In this document: positions 51,024 through 62,561 of the stretch, piece by piece
How positions within the stretch are numbered: position 1 is the first letter of the stretch
Layout of the letters: each line of letters starts with the position of its first letter
Assembly (NCBI GenBank): GCA_963977015.1
Contig: CAXBMO010000022.1
Location: forward strand, 36,063 to 100,062
Reading direction: 5' to 3'
Length of the DNA: 64,000 bases
Source of the DNA: an uncultured bacterium
Lineage (GTDB): Bacteria; Verrucomicrobiota; Verrucomicrobiia; Verrucomicrobiales; DEV007
The notes under the pieces: model-generated
The model's input: the letters and a program-made list of their open reading frames with translations, nothing else
Databases searched by the model: none
Told to the model about the DNA's origin: nothing
Position numbers and translations under genes: made by a program

Positions 51024-53098
51024 AGCGCTTCCTCCTTTTTGCGTTAGCCATCATCAGCACCAGTCAGGCAGCTCCACCTCACAACTTGACGGTTGGACCG
51101 CGAAGCGGGTTGGAAACCAGGGAATCCGGCGGAGTGTGGTCTTTTCGCACCACCGGAGCCAATCCACATTTCTGGACCAGTGCGCTTCCCATAACCGCGA
51201 CTCCCGAAACCCATCCCATTCTCAGCTTCGAGTATTTTTCGACCGCCGACATCAAGAAACTCACGGTTCGCATTCCCAGGACAGGAGGCAGTCGACACTT
51301 TTCCGCGGGAATGGTCCCCCTCGCGGAGACCTGGCACCCCTTCAGCATCGATCTTCGCCTGGCGGAAGTGCCCTATGCTTCCGGACCAGGGAATCAGATC
51401 GCCCTGATTCTGGGAACGGAAATTGGTCATCAGTTTCAAATCCGCAATCTCCAGCTTCGCGCCCCCAATCAGGAAGAACAACGCTCGGCACGGGAACGCG
51501 AAGCAACGCGACGGCTTCGTGAGGAAGACGCCGCCGCCTATTTGGCTTACCTCAAAAAGGAATCCTCAACAGCAAAACCCAACATTCGAGTCGGTCGCGA
51601 ACTCATTACGATCGCGGGTCAACTCCCGAAGAATGGCTACTCCCAATTTGGAGTCATCGAGTTCCAGAGTCACCATCCCAGTCATCATTCTCCGCCCGGA
51701 AAAACTGCAATCGAAGCCCAGTCCCCCTGGAAGCCGGCCCCGTATGAATTGGCCGTCCCTCGTTTTGCGAATCAGCGTGATCGAGCCATGTCGCGTTGGC
51801 AGTTGGTCGGAATCGACGAGGCAGGAAGAACGCATCCCCTGTCACCGGCAACCTATCCAACGATGGTTGATGATGAAGCAATTCGAACGTTGCCCCAAAA
51901 GCAGGCCAAGAGTTTCAAGGGATTGGGAGGAATTCCAGCACTTGACCCGAATCACGAAATTTTTGAACTCGGCATTCATCACGCAACCGTCAATATCGTC
52001 CTCAATGGGATTTTGTCCCACTCCGCCCGACCAAAATGGAAGCCCTGGAGACATGAGAGGACGACCTGGTTTCTCAATCCCGCCCTGCTCAACCGGATCG
52101 ATCACAACATTCGCCTTCTGACGGAAAGGGACATCGTGGTCAGCGCCATTTTGTTGGTCGGCAATGGCCGGAATGACTCTGGAACCCCGGTTTCCACCAT
52201 GGTTCATCCGGAAGCCCTCGCGATGGGAAAATTCGCGATGCCGAATTTGGCCACTCCCGAAGGAGCCTCCGCCTATCGCGCCGTGATTCATCTTCTCACC
52301 GAACGCTACACCCGTGAAAATGAGGAGTATGGTCGCGTCTCCAATTGGATCATCCACAATGAGGTCGATCAATCCGGAACCTGGACCACGATGGGCGAGC
52401 AGCCGCTCCCGCGTTACCTGGAAACCTACCTGCGTTCCGCGAGACTCGTCCATCATAGTGCAGGCCGCTATGACGAGCACGCCCGCGTCTTCATTTCACT
52501 CACTCATCATTGGACGAAGCAAAGTGGTGGTCCTCAAACCTACGTCGTTCGCGATATGGTCGAGCTGTTTGCTGAAGCCGCCCGGGTCGAAGGAGACTTC
52601 AATTGGGGACTCGCCTACCATCCCTATCCTCAACCGATGCGTCAGCCTGATGTTTGGAACAACGAAGTGACCCATGACTTCGCCACCGAATACATCACCC
52701 CCAGGAACCTTGAAGTCCTGACCACCTATTTCGATCAACCACAGTTTCATTTTCAAGGCAAACCGCGAGGCATCCTGCTCTCGGAACAAGGAATCAATGC
52801 CCTCTCGCTCTCGCCCGAAGATCAACGCATGCAGGCAGCCGGTATCGCTTACACCATGCGCAAAGTCGCCCTTCTGCCGCAAGTCGAAGCCTATCACTAC
52901 CACGCGTATCAGGATTCACCTGCAGCTGAAGGCGGGCTGCTTCTAGGACTTCGCCATCGCGAACACGGACGAAAACTTGCGTGGGACGTTTACGGATCCC
53001 TTGGCACCGAATGCGAAGCTGAAACGACCAGATTTGCCTGGCCGATCATCGGCATCGACGGTCCCGAAGCAGTCCAATTGACACCGGTCTCTCGTTAA
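51020..53098 (+). CDS. DUF5722-like secreted putative glycoside hydrolase
   Basis: [19 protein letters not shown] (clan-A-like NE and E residues); ATGA overlap with the sulfatase. Confidence 0.75.
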   Translation: MKRFLLFALAIISTSQAAPPHNLTVGPRSGLETRESGGVWSFRTTGANPHFWTSALPITATPETHPILSFEYFSTADIKKLTVRIPRTGGSRHFSAGMVPLAETWHPFSIDLRLAEVPYASGPGNQIALILGTEIGHQFQIRNLQLRAPNQEEQRSAREREATRRLREEDAAAYLAYLKKESSTAKPNIRVGRELITIAGQLPKNGYSQFGVIEFQSHHPSHHSPPGKTAIEAQSPWKPAPYELAVPRFANQRDRAMSRWQLVGIDEAGRTHPLSPATYPTMVDDEAIRTLPQKQAKSFKGLGGIPALDPNHEIFELGIHHATVNIVLNGILSHSARPKWKPWRHERTTWFLNPALLNRIDHNIRLLTERDIVVSAILLVGNGRNDSGTPVSTMVHPEALAMGKFAMPNLATPEGASAYRAVIHLLTERYTRENEEYGRVSNWIIHNEVDQSGTWTTMGEQPLPRYLETYLRSARLVHHSAGRYDEHARVFISLTHHWTKQSGGPQTYVVRDMVELFAEAARVEGDFNWGLAYHPYPQPMRQPDVWNNEVTHDFATEYITPRNLEVLTTYFDQPQFHFQGKPRGILLSEQGINALSLSPEDQRMQAAGIAYTMRKVALLPQVEAYHYHAYQDSPAAEGGLLLGLRHREHGRKLAWDVYGSLGTECEAETTRFAWPIIGIDGPEAVQLTPVSR

Positions 53099-54369
53099 CC
53101 AAAAAGCGCCGCAATCGGCTTGCCTTGATCCGTGATGGGAACAGGCCGGGATCCGTCAAAGAGTTCCTTGCCTGGATCAATTCCGAGCGTGGCGTGGACG
53201 GTTGCGTGAAAGTCCGGAATCGACACCGGGCTCTCGAGAATTTTCTTTCCCAACTCATCGGTCACGCCGTAGGCGCCCTGATGCTTGAGTCCACCTCCCG
53301 CCAGAATCATGCTGAACGACGTTCCCTGGTGGCCACGTCCGCCCCGGCCGTCAAACTGCGCCGGACGCCCAAACTCCGTGCCGATCACGATCAACGTCTT
53401 GTCGAGCAGCTTCTGATTCTTCAAATCCTTGATCAACGCCGACAGCGCGATGTCCAGTTCCTGAATCAAGACGTGCTGGTTTTGCTGGCCTTCGTTGTGC
53501 GTGTCCCAACCCGTGCCATTGATGAAATTCAGGTTGTGGGAAACCTCGATAAAACGCACGCCGGACTGAACGAGCCGACGCGCCAGGAGACAGCGTTGTC
53601 CAAACTCGCCACCGTATTCGTTGCGGAGATCGGCGGACTCGTCCTTCAGTCGAAAATGCTGCATGAATTCGGGTCCGGCCAATCGCAGCGCCTCCTGCTG
53701 TGCTTCGCGGTATTGGGCAACCACGGACTCCGACGGAACGCGATTCTGCAGCGGCTCGAGCAGCTTCGCCCGCCGGGCCGCGCGAGCAGCATCGACATCG
53801 TCCGGACGCGAAAATCCGGCTGGTCCGCTTTCCGTATCCACCAAATACACAAACCCATCCTTCGCGCCAAGAAAGCCCGGCCCGCGGCTGACGTTGGGAT
53901 AACCAATCAGCATGTAGGCGGGAACCTTGGGGTCGGCCGCCCCACGTTCATGAGCGATAATCGAACCAATCGACGGATAGGTCACACTCCCGCTGATCAT
54001 CCGCCCGGTGTGGACCAGGTTCGTTGCGAATGCGTGTTCATCGATGATTTGGTGATTCACCGATCGCACTGCCGTGATGTGCTCAGCCAATCGAGCGCTG
54101 CGGTGGAGATGCTCACAGAATTTCACGCCGGGAACCGACGTCTCGATCGACGCGTAATCCGAGCCCGCCACCTTGGGTGACGACTTTGGGTTCCCCCGGC
54201 GTTTGGGATCAAACGTATCGATCTGCGCCATGCCGCCCCCCAACCAGATGAAGATGCAATGCTCGGCCTTGCCTTTGGGCATGATGACCGATGGGTTCGA
54301 GGCAAGCGCTGGGCTCGCCATTCCGGCGGTGACAATTCCGCTGTTTCTCAAAAAGTCTCGACGATTCAT
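53095..54369 (-). CDS. DUF1501 protein (Tat-type leader)
   Basis: [42 protein letters not shown]. Confidence 0.92.
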   Translation of the reverse strand: MNRRDFLRNSGIVTAGMASPALASNPSVIMPKGKAEHCIFIWLGGGMAQIDTFDPKRRGNPKSSPKVAGSDYASIETSVPGVKFCEHLHRSARLAEHITAVRSVNHQIIDEHAFATNLVHTGRMISGSVTYPSIGSIIAHERGAADPKVPAYMLIGYPNVSRGPGFLGAKDGFVYLVDTESGPAGFSRPDDVDAARAARRAKLLEPLQNRVPSESVVAQYREAQQEALRLAGPEFMQHFRLKDESADLRNEYGGEFGQRCLLARRLVQSGVRFIEVSHNLNFINGTGWDTHNEGQQNQHVLIQELDIALSALIKDLKNQKLLDKTLIVIGTEFGRPAQFDGRGGRGHQGTSFSMILAGGGLKHQGAYGVTDELGKKILESPVSIPDFHATVHATLGIDPGKELFDGSRPVPITDQGKPIAALFG

Positions 54370-54409
54370 GGTAGGAGTTTGGAAGCTGGTTCGTTCAAGC
54401 AAAAGGGGT

Positions 54410-57400
54410 TTAGGGAGTGTAGATCCATTCTGGGGCATTGAGTATCGCCCAAAGGACGTCTTCAAATCGGCTGCGCCATTCCGAGTCCAGGGCGTTCGTC
54501 GGTGGATCGCCGCGACGCGCCTCGGCCTCTTTTTCCTGGGCCAGGGTATTCGCCGGTCCATCCAGGTGATTGGACCAACTCACAAACCGGACGGGCTCTC
54601 TTTTCCCCTCGCTTTCGTTCTGGAGACGCATCGATTCGGGGACGACGCGTGAGTCATAACCTTCCGCGAGAACCGCCTTGTACTTCGCGGCTTCCTCCGG
54701 GGTTGGGTAGCGGGTCAGCAACCGGAGAAAGAGTCGCTCCAGCAACTGATCGAGGGATTGCTCTTCCAGAACCAAATCGGTCAACTGATGGTCGTCACTG
54801 AGCCGGCTCAACCAGGTACCGACCATCCCGTTCGCCAAAATGGCAGGTTGCAGAACATTGGCCTCGCTATCGCGAATGCTCACCGGATCCTGGCGGGCCC
54901 CGCGCCAACCAAACGTCGCCATCAAACTGGATACGGCCTGGATTCGAGGGAGCGACAGGCTGGGACGATCACGCTCGTTCGAGGTGGACGCCAGCATCCA
55001 GGCGCGGCGTGGCTTGCCCAGGGAAAGGGAAAGATTGAGATGGCGCACACTGTCAATGTCCAAACTAACCTCTTCCAGTTCGAACGGTTTGCCGGAAGCC
55101 GCAAAGAGCGAATCGACAATCTGTTCCGCAGTGAGGCGCCGGGGCGCCGCGGCAATGTAAAGCGGACTCGGCTCCGCCAGCTCTGGATCCACCGCCCGTT
55201 GATAAGCGTGGGATTGAAGCACCAATCGAGCCACCTCCTTGAGATCGTAATCCTTCTGGATCAATTGACGCCCGAGCCAGGCTAACAAATCGGGGTGAGA
55301 GGCTTCGCCCTTTTCCCAGTCGGACACCTCTTCAACAATCCCCCGCCCCATCAGGCGCTGCCAAATGCGATTCACCATCACTTGAGCAAATCGTTCATTC
55401 TCCGGCGCGGTAATCGCGGCGGCCAGGCGGTCGCGCGAGTCGTCTGGATTTTCGGCCAGGGCAATCGCTGTTTCCTCATCGCAAAAACGCGCAAACGGCC
55501 AAGATGGTTTGACTTCCGTTCCAGGCTTCAGCGTAACCTGAATCAAGGGTTTGCGGCCCGTCTGGTGAATCCGATCCATCGGCACGCTGCTGGTGGCCGG
55601 GAGCTTGATCGGAGCCTTTTTGAGCATCGCGGCGAGTTGAAAGAGATCCTCCTGCTTCGAGACATGCGATGGAGCGTCGTGGCAGCGAGCGCATTTCATT
55701 TCGACGCCGAGAAAGGCGGAACCAATGATCATCCCCTTGGCCGCCATGGGAACGTCATTTCCTGAGGCGACTCCAAATCCGGCAGGCCCTCCCAGTCGTT
55801 CGCTGCCTTCCATTCGAATCAGTTCCGTGACAAAGAGATCCGCCGGTTTGTTGTCGAGCAAGGACTCATAAATCCACCAGCGAAACGGTCCGGTGTTGTT
55901 CAATGTGGGATTGATCAAATTGGGATTCTCGGCAAGCACGTCCTGCCAATATCCCATCCAATGGTCAGCCCAACGATCATCGTCGAGCAACCGGTCGATC
56001 GCGTTGCTGCGGCGCTCCTTGGGATCATCCGCCAAAAATTGCTCAATCTCGGACTCGCTCGGCGGAACTCCAATCGTGTCGAGCGATACGCGGCGCAGAA
56101 AGTCGAGATCCGAGCTGAGCGGAGTCGGGCTGAAATTGGAAACGTTGAACTGCGGCCAACGCGCGCCTTCCGTGATCCATTTCTCCAGAATCTCAACTTC
56201 CTTGGCGGAGAGCATCTCACCCTTCGGTGGCATGATGTCGTCTTCCGCCTCTTCGCTAACCCGAAAGATGAGCGAACTGGCAGCGGGATCACCGGGAACG
56301 ATGGCCGGTCCATCGTATTTTCCACCTTTGAGCATCGCGCTCAGTTGATCGACCCGCAGACCGCCTTTGGCCTTGCCGCCAACGTGGCAATCATAACAAC
56401 GAGCTTCGAGAAGCGGCTGCACCTGGCCAAAGTAGTCGATATCCCCTTCACCCGCGGGATGAGAAAGAGCCTCCACCTGGGCGATTCGAGCCCCAATGAA
56501 TCGATCGATCTCGTTGTGGGCAGGGAGATGATCGGGGATCTCCGGCACGGCAAAGGTTTCCTGGGATGCCAGCCAGCTTTTCGCAGCCTTTCGGCGCTGG
56601 CTCCAATAGGGACTGTGCAGAGCGCGCATGCTCTCCCGGTTCTCGGCGTCCTGCATCGCGAGCTGCCGCCGATGTCTGGCTTCATAGATGGCCCAACCTT
56701 CATCGTTGTAACGAATGGGCTGCTTCCCCGGGCTGAGCACCCACCACGACTCTTCACCTTCCGGCGAAATGGCGGCAACGGTCTCGCCAAATTCAGGCCG
56801 GCGCGGACTGTTGCGAGCCAGGCCGCCGATGATCGTCTCCAACACGACAAAGTGCTCTCCACCTTCCGTCTCGAATTCGGTCCAGGATTCCCGGTTTCCG
56901 GGCGGGGCAAAGCGAAAATCGGGCCCGAGATCCAGGTATTTGTCCTGACTCGAAACCTTGCCATGTCCGTCAGTATCGGATGGAGGAAATGGCGTTTCCA
57001 GGAGTCTGACACCGTCGATCGTGAGCCGGGAGGCTCCCCTTCCTCTCAGCAAAATCCGATGCTTGCCTTTGGGAATCTGGATCTTTCCCGCCGCGCGAAC
57101 GAGCGATGGATTGGCCCGCGCCCCGCGAACTCCCGTGGACACATACTTTTGCGGCCAATCGACCAAGCCAAACGCCTCTTCCTCGTAAGTCTCCGTCACT
57201 TCCGGATCGGATGGCCAACTTTGACTGGCAGGAACTCCTTTTTCGCTGATCTGAATCAGCACGCGATCGTCCGGCACCATCTCCGGGGTAACCGGCGGCG
57301 GTGGCGGATTGTGCACGAAGCGGGAAGCCAGGAGATCAGGCGCAACCGCACCACGATGCACGACGAGGTTATCCATCCAACCGGAAAAGCTCTCCGAGGA

Positions 57401-58108
57401 GCGCCGTCCGTATCCGGTTCCAATCACCAGATCATCACGATCCGTGACTGGCGGCAAATCGGTCGCGCCGCCCATGTCCCAGGTTCCTTCAACGAGTTTG
57501 CCATCGATCCGAGCCTGAAGGCTGTCGCCCTTCCCAAAGGTGTAAACGAGCGAGACATGATGCCAGCCGCTGTCCGAAACCAATTCGGAGCTCCACCAGC
57601 GGTGCCAATCCCGTTTGTGGGTTTCCGGATGTTCACTGGTGAACAAAAACCCGAGCTGCGCCCCTCCGCGATCACCTTTCAGCCGCATGGCATAGTTCTG
57701 GTTCATGTCGCCGAGCTTCTCGCCCTTGCCGGCATGGCGCCCTTTCCCAATCAAGTAAGCCTGATGCCCTTTCCCGATCGATTTGACCTTCACCCATGCC
57801 TCCAGCGTCAGGGTTTCCCCCAGCCCAAACCGAATATTATTGGAGCCGCCCGCTTCCTGATCCTTCACTACGAGGTGAAGATTTCGCCCTGGAAAATAGG
57901 CGGCCTGATTGGAATCCTCGAACTCGGGGTAGCGCGGATTGCGGGGACCTTCGCCTCGATTCTCGCCCTTTCCTTCCCACGTTCCCGGTTCATTTTCTTC
58001 ATCAAAGCTCCATCGCAGAACCTCCTGGGAGTCCTGAGCCAAAACAACGTTCAATGGCCCGGCGAGAGCCAACAAAGCGAAAACGAGAGGGGTTGATACG
58101 CAATTCAC
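54410..58108 (-). CDS. DUF1549/DUF1553 planctomycete cytochrome c protein with N-terminal LamG-like domain
   Basis: CYDCH and [41 protein letters not shown]. Confidence 0.92.
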   Translation of the reverse strand: MNCVSTPLVFALLALAGPLNVVLAQDSQEVLRWSFDEENEPGTWEGKGENRGEGPRNPRYPEFEDSNQAAYFPGRNLHLVVKDQEAGGSNNIRFGLGETLTLEAWVKVKSIGKGHQAYLIGKGRHAGKGEKLGDMNQNYAMRLKGDRGGAQLGFLFTSEHPETHKRDWHRWWSSELVSDSGWHHVSLVYTFGKGDSLQARIDGKLVEGTWDMGGATDLPPVTDRDDLVIGTGYGRRSSESFSGWMDNLVVHRGAVAPDLLASRFVHNPPPPPVTPEMVPDDRVLIQISEKGVPASQSWPSDPEVTETYEEEAFGLVDWPQKYVSTGVRGARANPSLVRAAGKIQIPKGKHRILLRGRGASRLTIDGVRLLETPFPPSDTDGHGKVSSQDKYLDLGPDFRFAPPGNRESWTEFETEGGEHFVVLETIIGGLARNSPRRPEFGETVAAISPEGEESWWVLSPGKQPIRYNDEGWAIYEARHRRQLAMQDAENRESMRALHSPYWSQRRKAAKSWLASQETFAVPEIPDHLPAHNEIDRFIGARIAQVEALSHPAGEGDIDYFGQVQPLLEARCYDCHVGGKAKGGLRVDQLSAMLKGGKYDGPAIVPGDPAASSLIFRVSEEAEDDIMPPKGEMLSAKEVEILEKWITEGARWPQFNVSNFSPTPLSSDLDFLRRVSLDTIGVPPSESEIEQFLADDPKERRSNAIDRLLDDDRWADHWMGYWQDVLAENPNLINPTLNNTGPFRWWIYESLLDNKPADLFVTELIRMEGSERLGGPAGFGVASGNDVPMAAKGMIIGSAFLGVEMKCARCHDAPSHVSKQEDLFQLAAMLKKAPIKLPATSSVPMDRIHQTGRKPLIQVTLKPGTEVKPSWPFARFCDEETAIALAENPDDSRDRLAAAITAPENERFAQVMVNRIWQRLMGRGIVEEVSDWEKGEASHPDLLAWLGRQLIQKDYDLKEVARLVLQSHAYQRAVDPELAEPSPLYIAAAPRRLTAEQIVDSLFAASGKPFELEEVSLDIDSVRHLNLSLSLGKPRRAWMLASTSNERDRPSLSLPRIQAVSSLMATFGWRGARQDPVSIRDSEANVLQPAILANGMVGTWLSRLSDDHQLTDLVLEEQSLDQLLERLFLRLLTRYPTPEEAAKYKAVLAEGYDSRVVPESMRLQNESEGKREPVRFVSWSNHLDGPANTLAQEKEAEARRGDPPTNALDSEWRSRFEDVLWAILNAPEWIYTP

Positions 58109-58204
58109 GCTTTCAGTGTAACGCGACGCCTCTCAAAAAAGCACGCTTTAGGATGTACCACTTTCAGGGGGGGCATCGCCGCACGGTCCGTTGACTGCCG
58201 TTGG

Positions 58205-58403
58205 CAGGATGTTGAAAAACTCCGCGCCACAGCGAAGACCGTTAATTGGGAGGGACCATTTGGCTTGGGTGATTTCGCGGCTGTCTTCCCTGCGGGCGCT
58301 AGAACTTACAAGCACCATCTCGTTAAAGATAACGCTTGATTGAAGTTCTGCGCAAGAACAGCCCTTCCCTCCACTCGTGTTCGGTGGTTGCGCAACAACC
58401 CTG
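58205..58403. mobile_element. Possible degenerate MITE / IS-end remnant
   Basis: Left end CAGGATGTTGAAAAACTCC, weakly complementary right end CAACAACCCTG, internal GGGAGGGA/TTCCCTCC inverted pair. Confidence 0.3.
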
Positions 58404-58434
58404 TCGCGCCCCAATTTTCCAACGATTCTCGCCT

Positions 58435-59835
58435 TCAATCCGAGGGTAGAGGTATAGACAATGTCAATTGACGAACCGCTTCAACATCCGGCTCTGTAAG
58501 CCGACCAATCGGGACGATTGCGGTGGCTCCTGTTTCCGAAACAAATTCGCCGTGATAGATTCCGCCCACTACGCGAAGCGTTTTGAGAGTTGCGATGAAG
58601 GGCTTTTGACTTTCGCGCATTGTCCAAGATCGCAGGGCAATTAGCGGGCGCTCCCGCTCGGCTCGCCCAAGAATGGGAACGGGTTTTGCGGGATCCGAAG
58701 TGTCTTTTGTCCAAGTGAGACGGTCTTTCATTTCGTCCATTCTCTTCTGGATAGCGACCATTTCCCTTTCGCGTTGCTCGGAAGCCAAGTCGTTCATCCA
58801 AGTGTAGAGCTCCGCATCATGGGACAGACCGCTTATGACCATACTCATGTCTTTGGCAATCTTGAAAGAGAGCGGATCATACCCGGCTTCGGCGACGAGT
58901 TTCAGCCCGCGGAAGGCGTCCACATCTTCAATCATACGGGTGCCGCCCCCGTTGATGGCTGCAACAGCACTCAAAGAGGCATTAACGGACCGCAAAGATT
59001 GAAGCTCACCTAGGCTACTATTGTCAGTAACGATCCAAACAGCTGCTTGAGCCTCTCCATACGAAAGCTCGGGCCGCTTACTGTCAAGATAGGCAGCCAA
59101 TGGGATGAGTTTGGGTCGTTTCTCGACGGACTCGATCGTAAAACTGATATTCTGATCCGGAATCTTGAGCCATTTGTTAGCACAGGCGACCCAAATTTTG
59201 ACTTCCGACGGGACTCCTTTCTTGATGAAAATGTTGGAGGGCCTTGTAGTGATCATGTTTTGCGTGGCTAGGCTAGAGGCCTTCAAATAGAGACCTGGGG
59301 GAATATCGACAAGGACGATATCCCGGTCACCCTTATAGGTGAACGTCGCGTCGACTCGAGTGATTCCAATTCCCGTGAACTTGGCGTCGATAATGCCGGC
59401 ATCGAGTTCAGTGCGGAGGTTCAAGAGAGGGAGAATTTCGGAGAGGAGTCGGGCGGCTTCATTGGCCTCTGAAGATGCTGGGCTGTCCTCGATAGCGCGA
59501 TGCAGTTTAGCAAGGGCCTTTTCGGAGTCTTCCAACCCAAGTTTAATGATCTCGTTCCGAAATTCCTGGCGGAGTGCTCGGGGAGCGCCTTCCTGAACCC
59601 TTTCCGGTGCGGCTTCATTCATAGCGTGGCGTTCAGCTTCTCTCTTGGCAAATCCTTCTGGGTCGTGAACGGCACTTGTTTGAATGAATTCTCCACGCTC
59701 CGTATCGACCAATTTCCCGGTAAACGCGTAGTAAAGAAAAATGGCAAGAATGATGATGGCTGGTATACTGATAAGGCCAATCACGCACCCCTTAGCGGTT
59801 GTGGTTTCCGAAGCTTCTGTTCCGTTGGAGTGCAA
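58435..59835 (-). CDS. Membrane-anchored hypothetical protein with thioester-domain-like motifs and SHD1-like C-terminus
   Basis: N-terminal TM; ACANKWLKIP and AQAAVW; RSWT...VPIGRLTEPD. Confidence 0.7.
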   Translation of the reverse strand: MHSNGTEASETTTAKGCVIGLISIPAIIILAIFLYYAFTGKLVDTERGEFIQTSAVHDPEGFAKREAERHAMNEAAPERVQEGAPRALRQEFRNEIIKLGLEDSEKALAKLHRAIEDSPASSEANEAARLLSEILPLLNLRTELDAGIIDAKFTGIGITRVDATFTYKGDRDIVLVDIPPGLYLKASSLATQNMITTRPSNIFIKKGVPSEVKIWVACANKWLKIPDQNISFTIESVEKRPKLIPLAAYLDSKRPELSYGEAQAAVWIVTDNSSLGELQSLRSVNASLSAVAAINGGGTRMIEDVDAFRGLKLVAEAGYDPLSFKIAKDMSMVISGLSHDAELYTWMNDLASEQREREMVAIQKRMDEMKDRLTWTKDTSDPAKPVPILGRAERERPLIALRSWTMRESQKPFIATLKTLRVVGGIYHGEFVSETGATAIVPIGRLTEPDVEAVRQLTLSIPLPSD

Positions 59836-60014
59836 GAGTTGGGAAACGGCTAAGGATTCGCCTTACTCAAATATTTTTCACCCTCCCGCGTCAGAGTCAC
59901 CATTGGCCCGGGGTTAGAGGTGGCCCATGGGGAGGGAGGGAAATTTTCCGCCTTCATCAAGGGACTTGTGACAGATCCGGAACGTGAGATCAAGGAATTT
60001 CGCCTTCATACATG

Positions 60015-60140
60015 GTAATCAGCTCGTCCCCAATTTCACCTCACGAAAAAATAGGGACGGGCCTTTTTTACCTAAGTTATCGACCATGCCATAAATTCAG
60101 GATGCAAAAATGGGGACAGGCTATTTCTACACAAAAGTTC
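60015..60140. repeat. Three copies of the AAAAATGGGGACAGGCT motif (one inverted, two direct)
   Basis: 60015-60037 (minus), 60045-60074, 60105-60140. Confidence 0.7.
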
Positions 60141-60321
60141 GAGCCCGTTCAATGCCTATCAAAGCATTCACACCACTCCACGCGATCCCCTCTCCTACCC
60201 CATCATTGCAAAGCGAGTCGTTTCCCTTCCGAATTCTGCCTCAATCGAGGCTACACAACGCGGCGTAACTGAAAGCACCGTCCAACTCAGCAGCGCCACT
60301 GCTCGTGCAATCGTCATCGAG

Positions 60322-62214
60322 CTATCGGCTGCGAAGCGGGCTGGGCATCCGTTGTTGTAAGGCTTGGAGCCGGCCCCTGATTTCCTCGAGTTGTTGGAGA
60401 ACCGCTTCGTTCGAGGGCTCGAACAACTCCGGATTGGACTCCTGAATTGCCGCGATTCGCACTTTCACTTCGTCATCAAGTGGGAATTTGCAGTCGTCCT
60501 GCCGCAATGCCGAGCGATAGGTTTTCAGCGCATAGAGCAGATCGCCCGCTTCCTCCATGCGCCGGGCCATTCGAAAGAACCGGTGCGCCGTCTTGTCGTT
60601 TTCGAGCCATTCGGGTTTTGGCAACTCCGCCGCTTTGATTGCGTAGTCGTAAGCGATGAGCAGGTCATAGCGATTCTGAACCGGGTCGGAACCCAGATTT
60701 CCAAGCAATAGTCGGTGAAGATAAATCGCCGGCGATTCACCTTCCACGGCTTCAGGCGGGTTCAATTCCGCAAACCGGACCGGGAGAATCTTCATGAGGA
60801 CCTGGTTTCTCACCCGCACCATCTCCGGAGTTGCGTCCGGGTAGCGAACGTGAATATCCATTGCTGCCCGAAAATAAGCCGCTTTGGGGTCTCCCGCCGC
60901 CAGCAATTCTAGTCCACTCGACAACGCCTTCAATAGTTCGATCATCTCCTTCGAAAGTTCGTCGTCCCCCTTCTCGTTGGCCATGGCCTGAAAAGTCGCC
61001 ATCGCCGCTTCGATCTGCGCGCGCTCCGGAGCCTGGATCGTCTGAAGAATCTCGACCGCCCGACCGATCCCGCGCACCTCCGGATCCTCTGCCCGGACCG
61101 AAGCCTGAATCAACGCCTCGATCCGTTCTTTGGAAACCGCTGGGAAATCCGATCGACCAGGCTCGAATCGCCCCAGAACGGACTTGGCCTCCTCCGCAAA
61201 TCCCCGGTCCATCAGGTGAGCGTAGCGCATCCAGGTTTTCAGGGCATCGGTAGCGGATTTCAGTTTTTCGCCCGCAACTTCCAGCATCGAATCCCGGCGC
61301 GACGGGACTTCGTGTTCCAGGCCGATTGCTCGAATCAGCAGCGCCTCCACTTGGAGCGAATCCACTTCTTCCTGCTGACAAAGGGTTTCGGTATCTTGGA
61401 AAAAGCGGTTCACCTGCTCGATCCACTCGGCTTCCTGCCTGCCCCGAATCGCCTCCTGAGCTTCAGATGAACCGACGGCGTCGACGATCAGGTCACTGAT
61501 TCGCGCCTTGGTCATCACCGGAAACTCTGCCTGCCGCAGCGCGTAGTTGCCTTGCAGTTTTTCAGCGGCCTGCTCGGAGAATCCCTTGGCCAGATTCTGA
61601 TGATAAGTTAGAAGTGCTTTGGTCGTTTCCAGGCAGGAACGCAGCCTTTTGGACGGCAAATCAGGAATGGAAAGGCGAATTGTCCGTTTTTGAGCTTCTA
61701 ATGCTTCGGATCGCCGCAGGAGGGCTTCCATGTTCTGCGCGTCGATCGGATCTGCGGCGCAGGATGCCTCGGTCTCGGCAAAAAGCTTCTCGGCCTCGCG
61801 CACCCACTGTTCCAGTTCGCCTTGCCGTTTGCCCTCAACGGCCTTGCGAATTGCGTCACTCAAACTGGAGATTTCCGAATGATCGATGCCGGTTGCGGTC
61901 GTGTGGAGGCTACGCGCGGACTCATCCAGACTCTGGGCCGACCCGCCTTTCAACTCTGCGTCCAGCTCCTTGAGAAAGTCGATCAGCTCCGTTCGATCTT
62001 GAAGTTGATCTTTTTGGTATTTTTTGAGGAGCCCGGCGGCCAATTGACGGGCTTCAGCAACCGCGGAAGTCTTGTCGGATGGGCTCGAAGCGGAAACCGA
62101 AGCTTCGACCGGCTTGGCTGGAACCTGGATTTCCCAGCCGTACCACCCTACCGCCAGCAAAGTCCCGAATACGGCCGCGAGCACCCATCCAATCGTTCCG
62201 AGCAGCTTTACCAT
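60322..62214 (-). CDS. Membrane-anchored helical protein with an internal tandem domain duplication
   Basis: N-terminal TM; two ~125-aa repeats (W..E...F..TE..C / EALL.R...LE / GF.E.A / FP...K.RI..LI). Confidence 0.75.
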   Translation of the reverse strand: MVKLLGTIGWVLAAVFGTLLAVGWYGWEIQVPAKPVEASVSASSPSDKTSAVAEARQLAAGLLKKYQKDQLQDRTELIDFLKELDAELKGGSAQSLDESARSLHTTATGIDHSEISSLSDAIRKAVEGKRQGELEQWVREAEKLFAETEASCAADPIDAQNMEALLRRSEALEAQKRTIRLSIPDLPSKRLRSCLETTKALLTYHQNLAKGFSEQAAEKLQGNYALRQAEFPVMTKARISDLIVDAVGSSEAQEAIRGRQEAEWIEQVNRFFQDTETLCQQEEVDSLQVEALLIRAIGLEHEVPSRRDSMLEVAGEKLKSATDALKTWMRYAHLMDRGFAEEAKSVLGRFEPGRSDFPAVSKERIEALIQASVRAEDPEVRGIGRAVEILQTIQAPERAQIEAAMATFQAMANEKGDDELSKEMIELLKALSSGLELLAAGDPKAAYFRAAMDIHVRYPDATPEMVRVRNQVLMKILPVRFAELNPPEAVEGESPAIYLHRLLLGNLGSDPVQNRYDLLIAYDYAIKAAELPKPEWLENDKTAHRFFRMARRMEEAGDLLYALKTYRSALRQDDCKFPLDDEVKVRIAAIQESNPELFEPSNEAVLQQLEEIRGRLQALQQRMPSPLRSR

Positions 62215-62407
62215 GTTCTTTGTTACCGAAACGCCGAACACAGGTCAAGCCCCGGATTCGTACCGGAAAAATGGGAGCATTTCGCCCAATTCTCCGCGAA
62301 ACCAGGTTCTCCGCGTGGAATGGATTTTCAGGCACCCTGGCCAGCTTTTGATAAAATATGACCAACCCGCTCTAGATTCAAAATCTGTCCGCTGCTACGT
62401 AAGCTCA

Positions 62408-62529
62408 ATGAGCACCCCTAACGAAAATCCTCGCATCGCAAGAACGGGGCTCGGGATCGAGATTCGCTCAAGGAAATTCGCGACAAGTTCAGTGTCGAGA
62501 AACGGTTCACCGACTTCGACGAAGTGCTG
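62408..62529 (+). pseudogene. Internally deleted 5' fragment of a Gfo/Idh/MocA-like oxidoreductase gene
   Basis: MSTPNENPRIARTGLG, then a frame change to RDRDSLKEIRDKFSVEKRFTDFDEVL; ends at the repeat motif. Confidence 0.55.
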
Positions 62530-62532
62530 GGA

Positions 62533-62561
62533 CAAAAATGGGGGCGGGTTATTTCTACACA
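62533..62561 (+). repeat. Truncated copy of the AAAAATGGGG...TTTCTAC motif
   Basis: CAAAAATGGGGGCGGGTTATTTCTACACA. Confidence 0.7.

Noticed and set aside
55961-58096. Long antisense ORFs (711 aa here; also 5327-6892, 7082-8677, 10362-11777)
   Set aside because: Shadow frames opposite well-supported genes in GC-rich DNA, with no recognisable motifs
53095-58108. DUF1553 + DUF1501 pair as a new system
   Set aside because: A well-known, highly paralogous PVC gene module, although its function is unresolved
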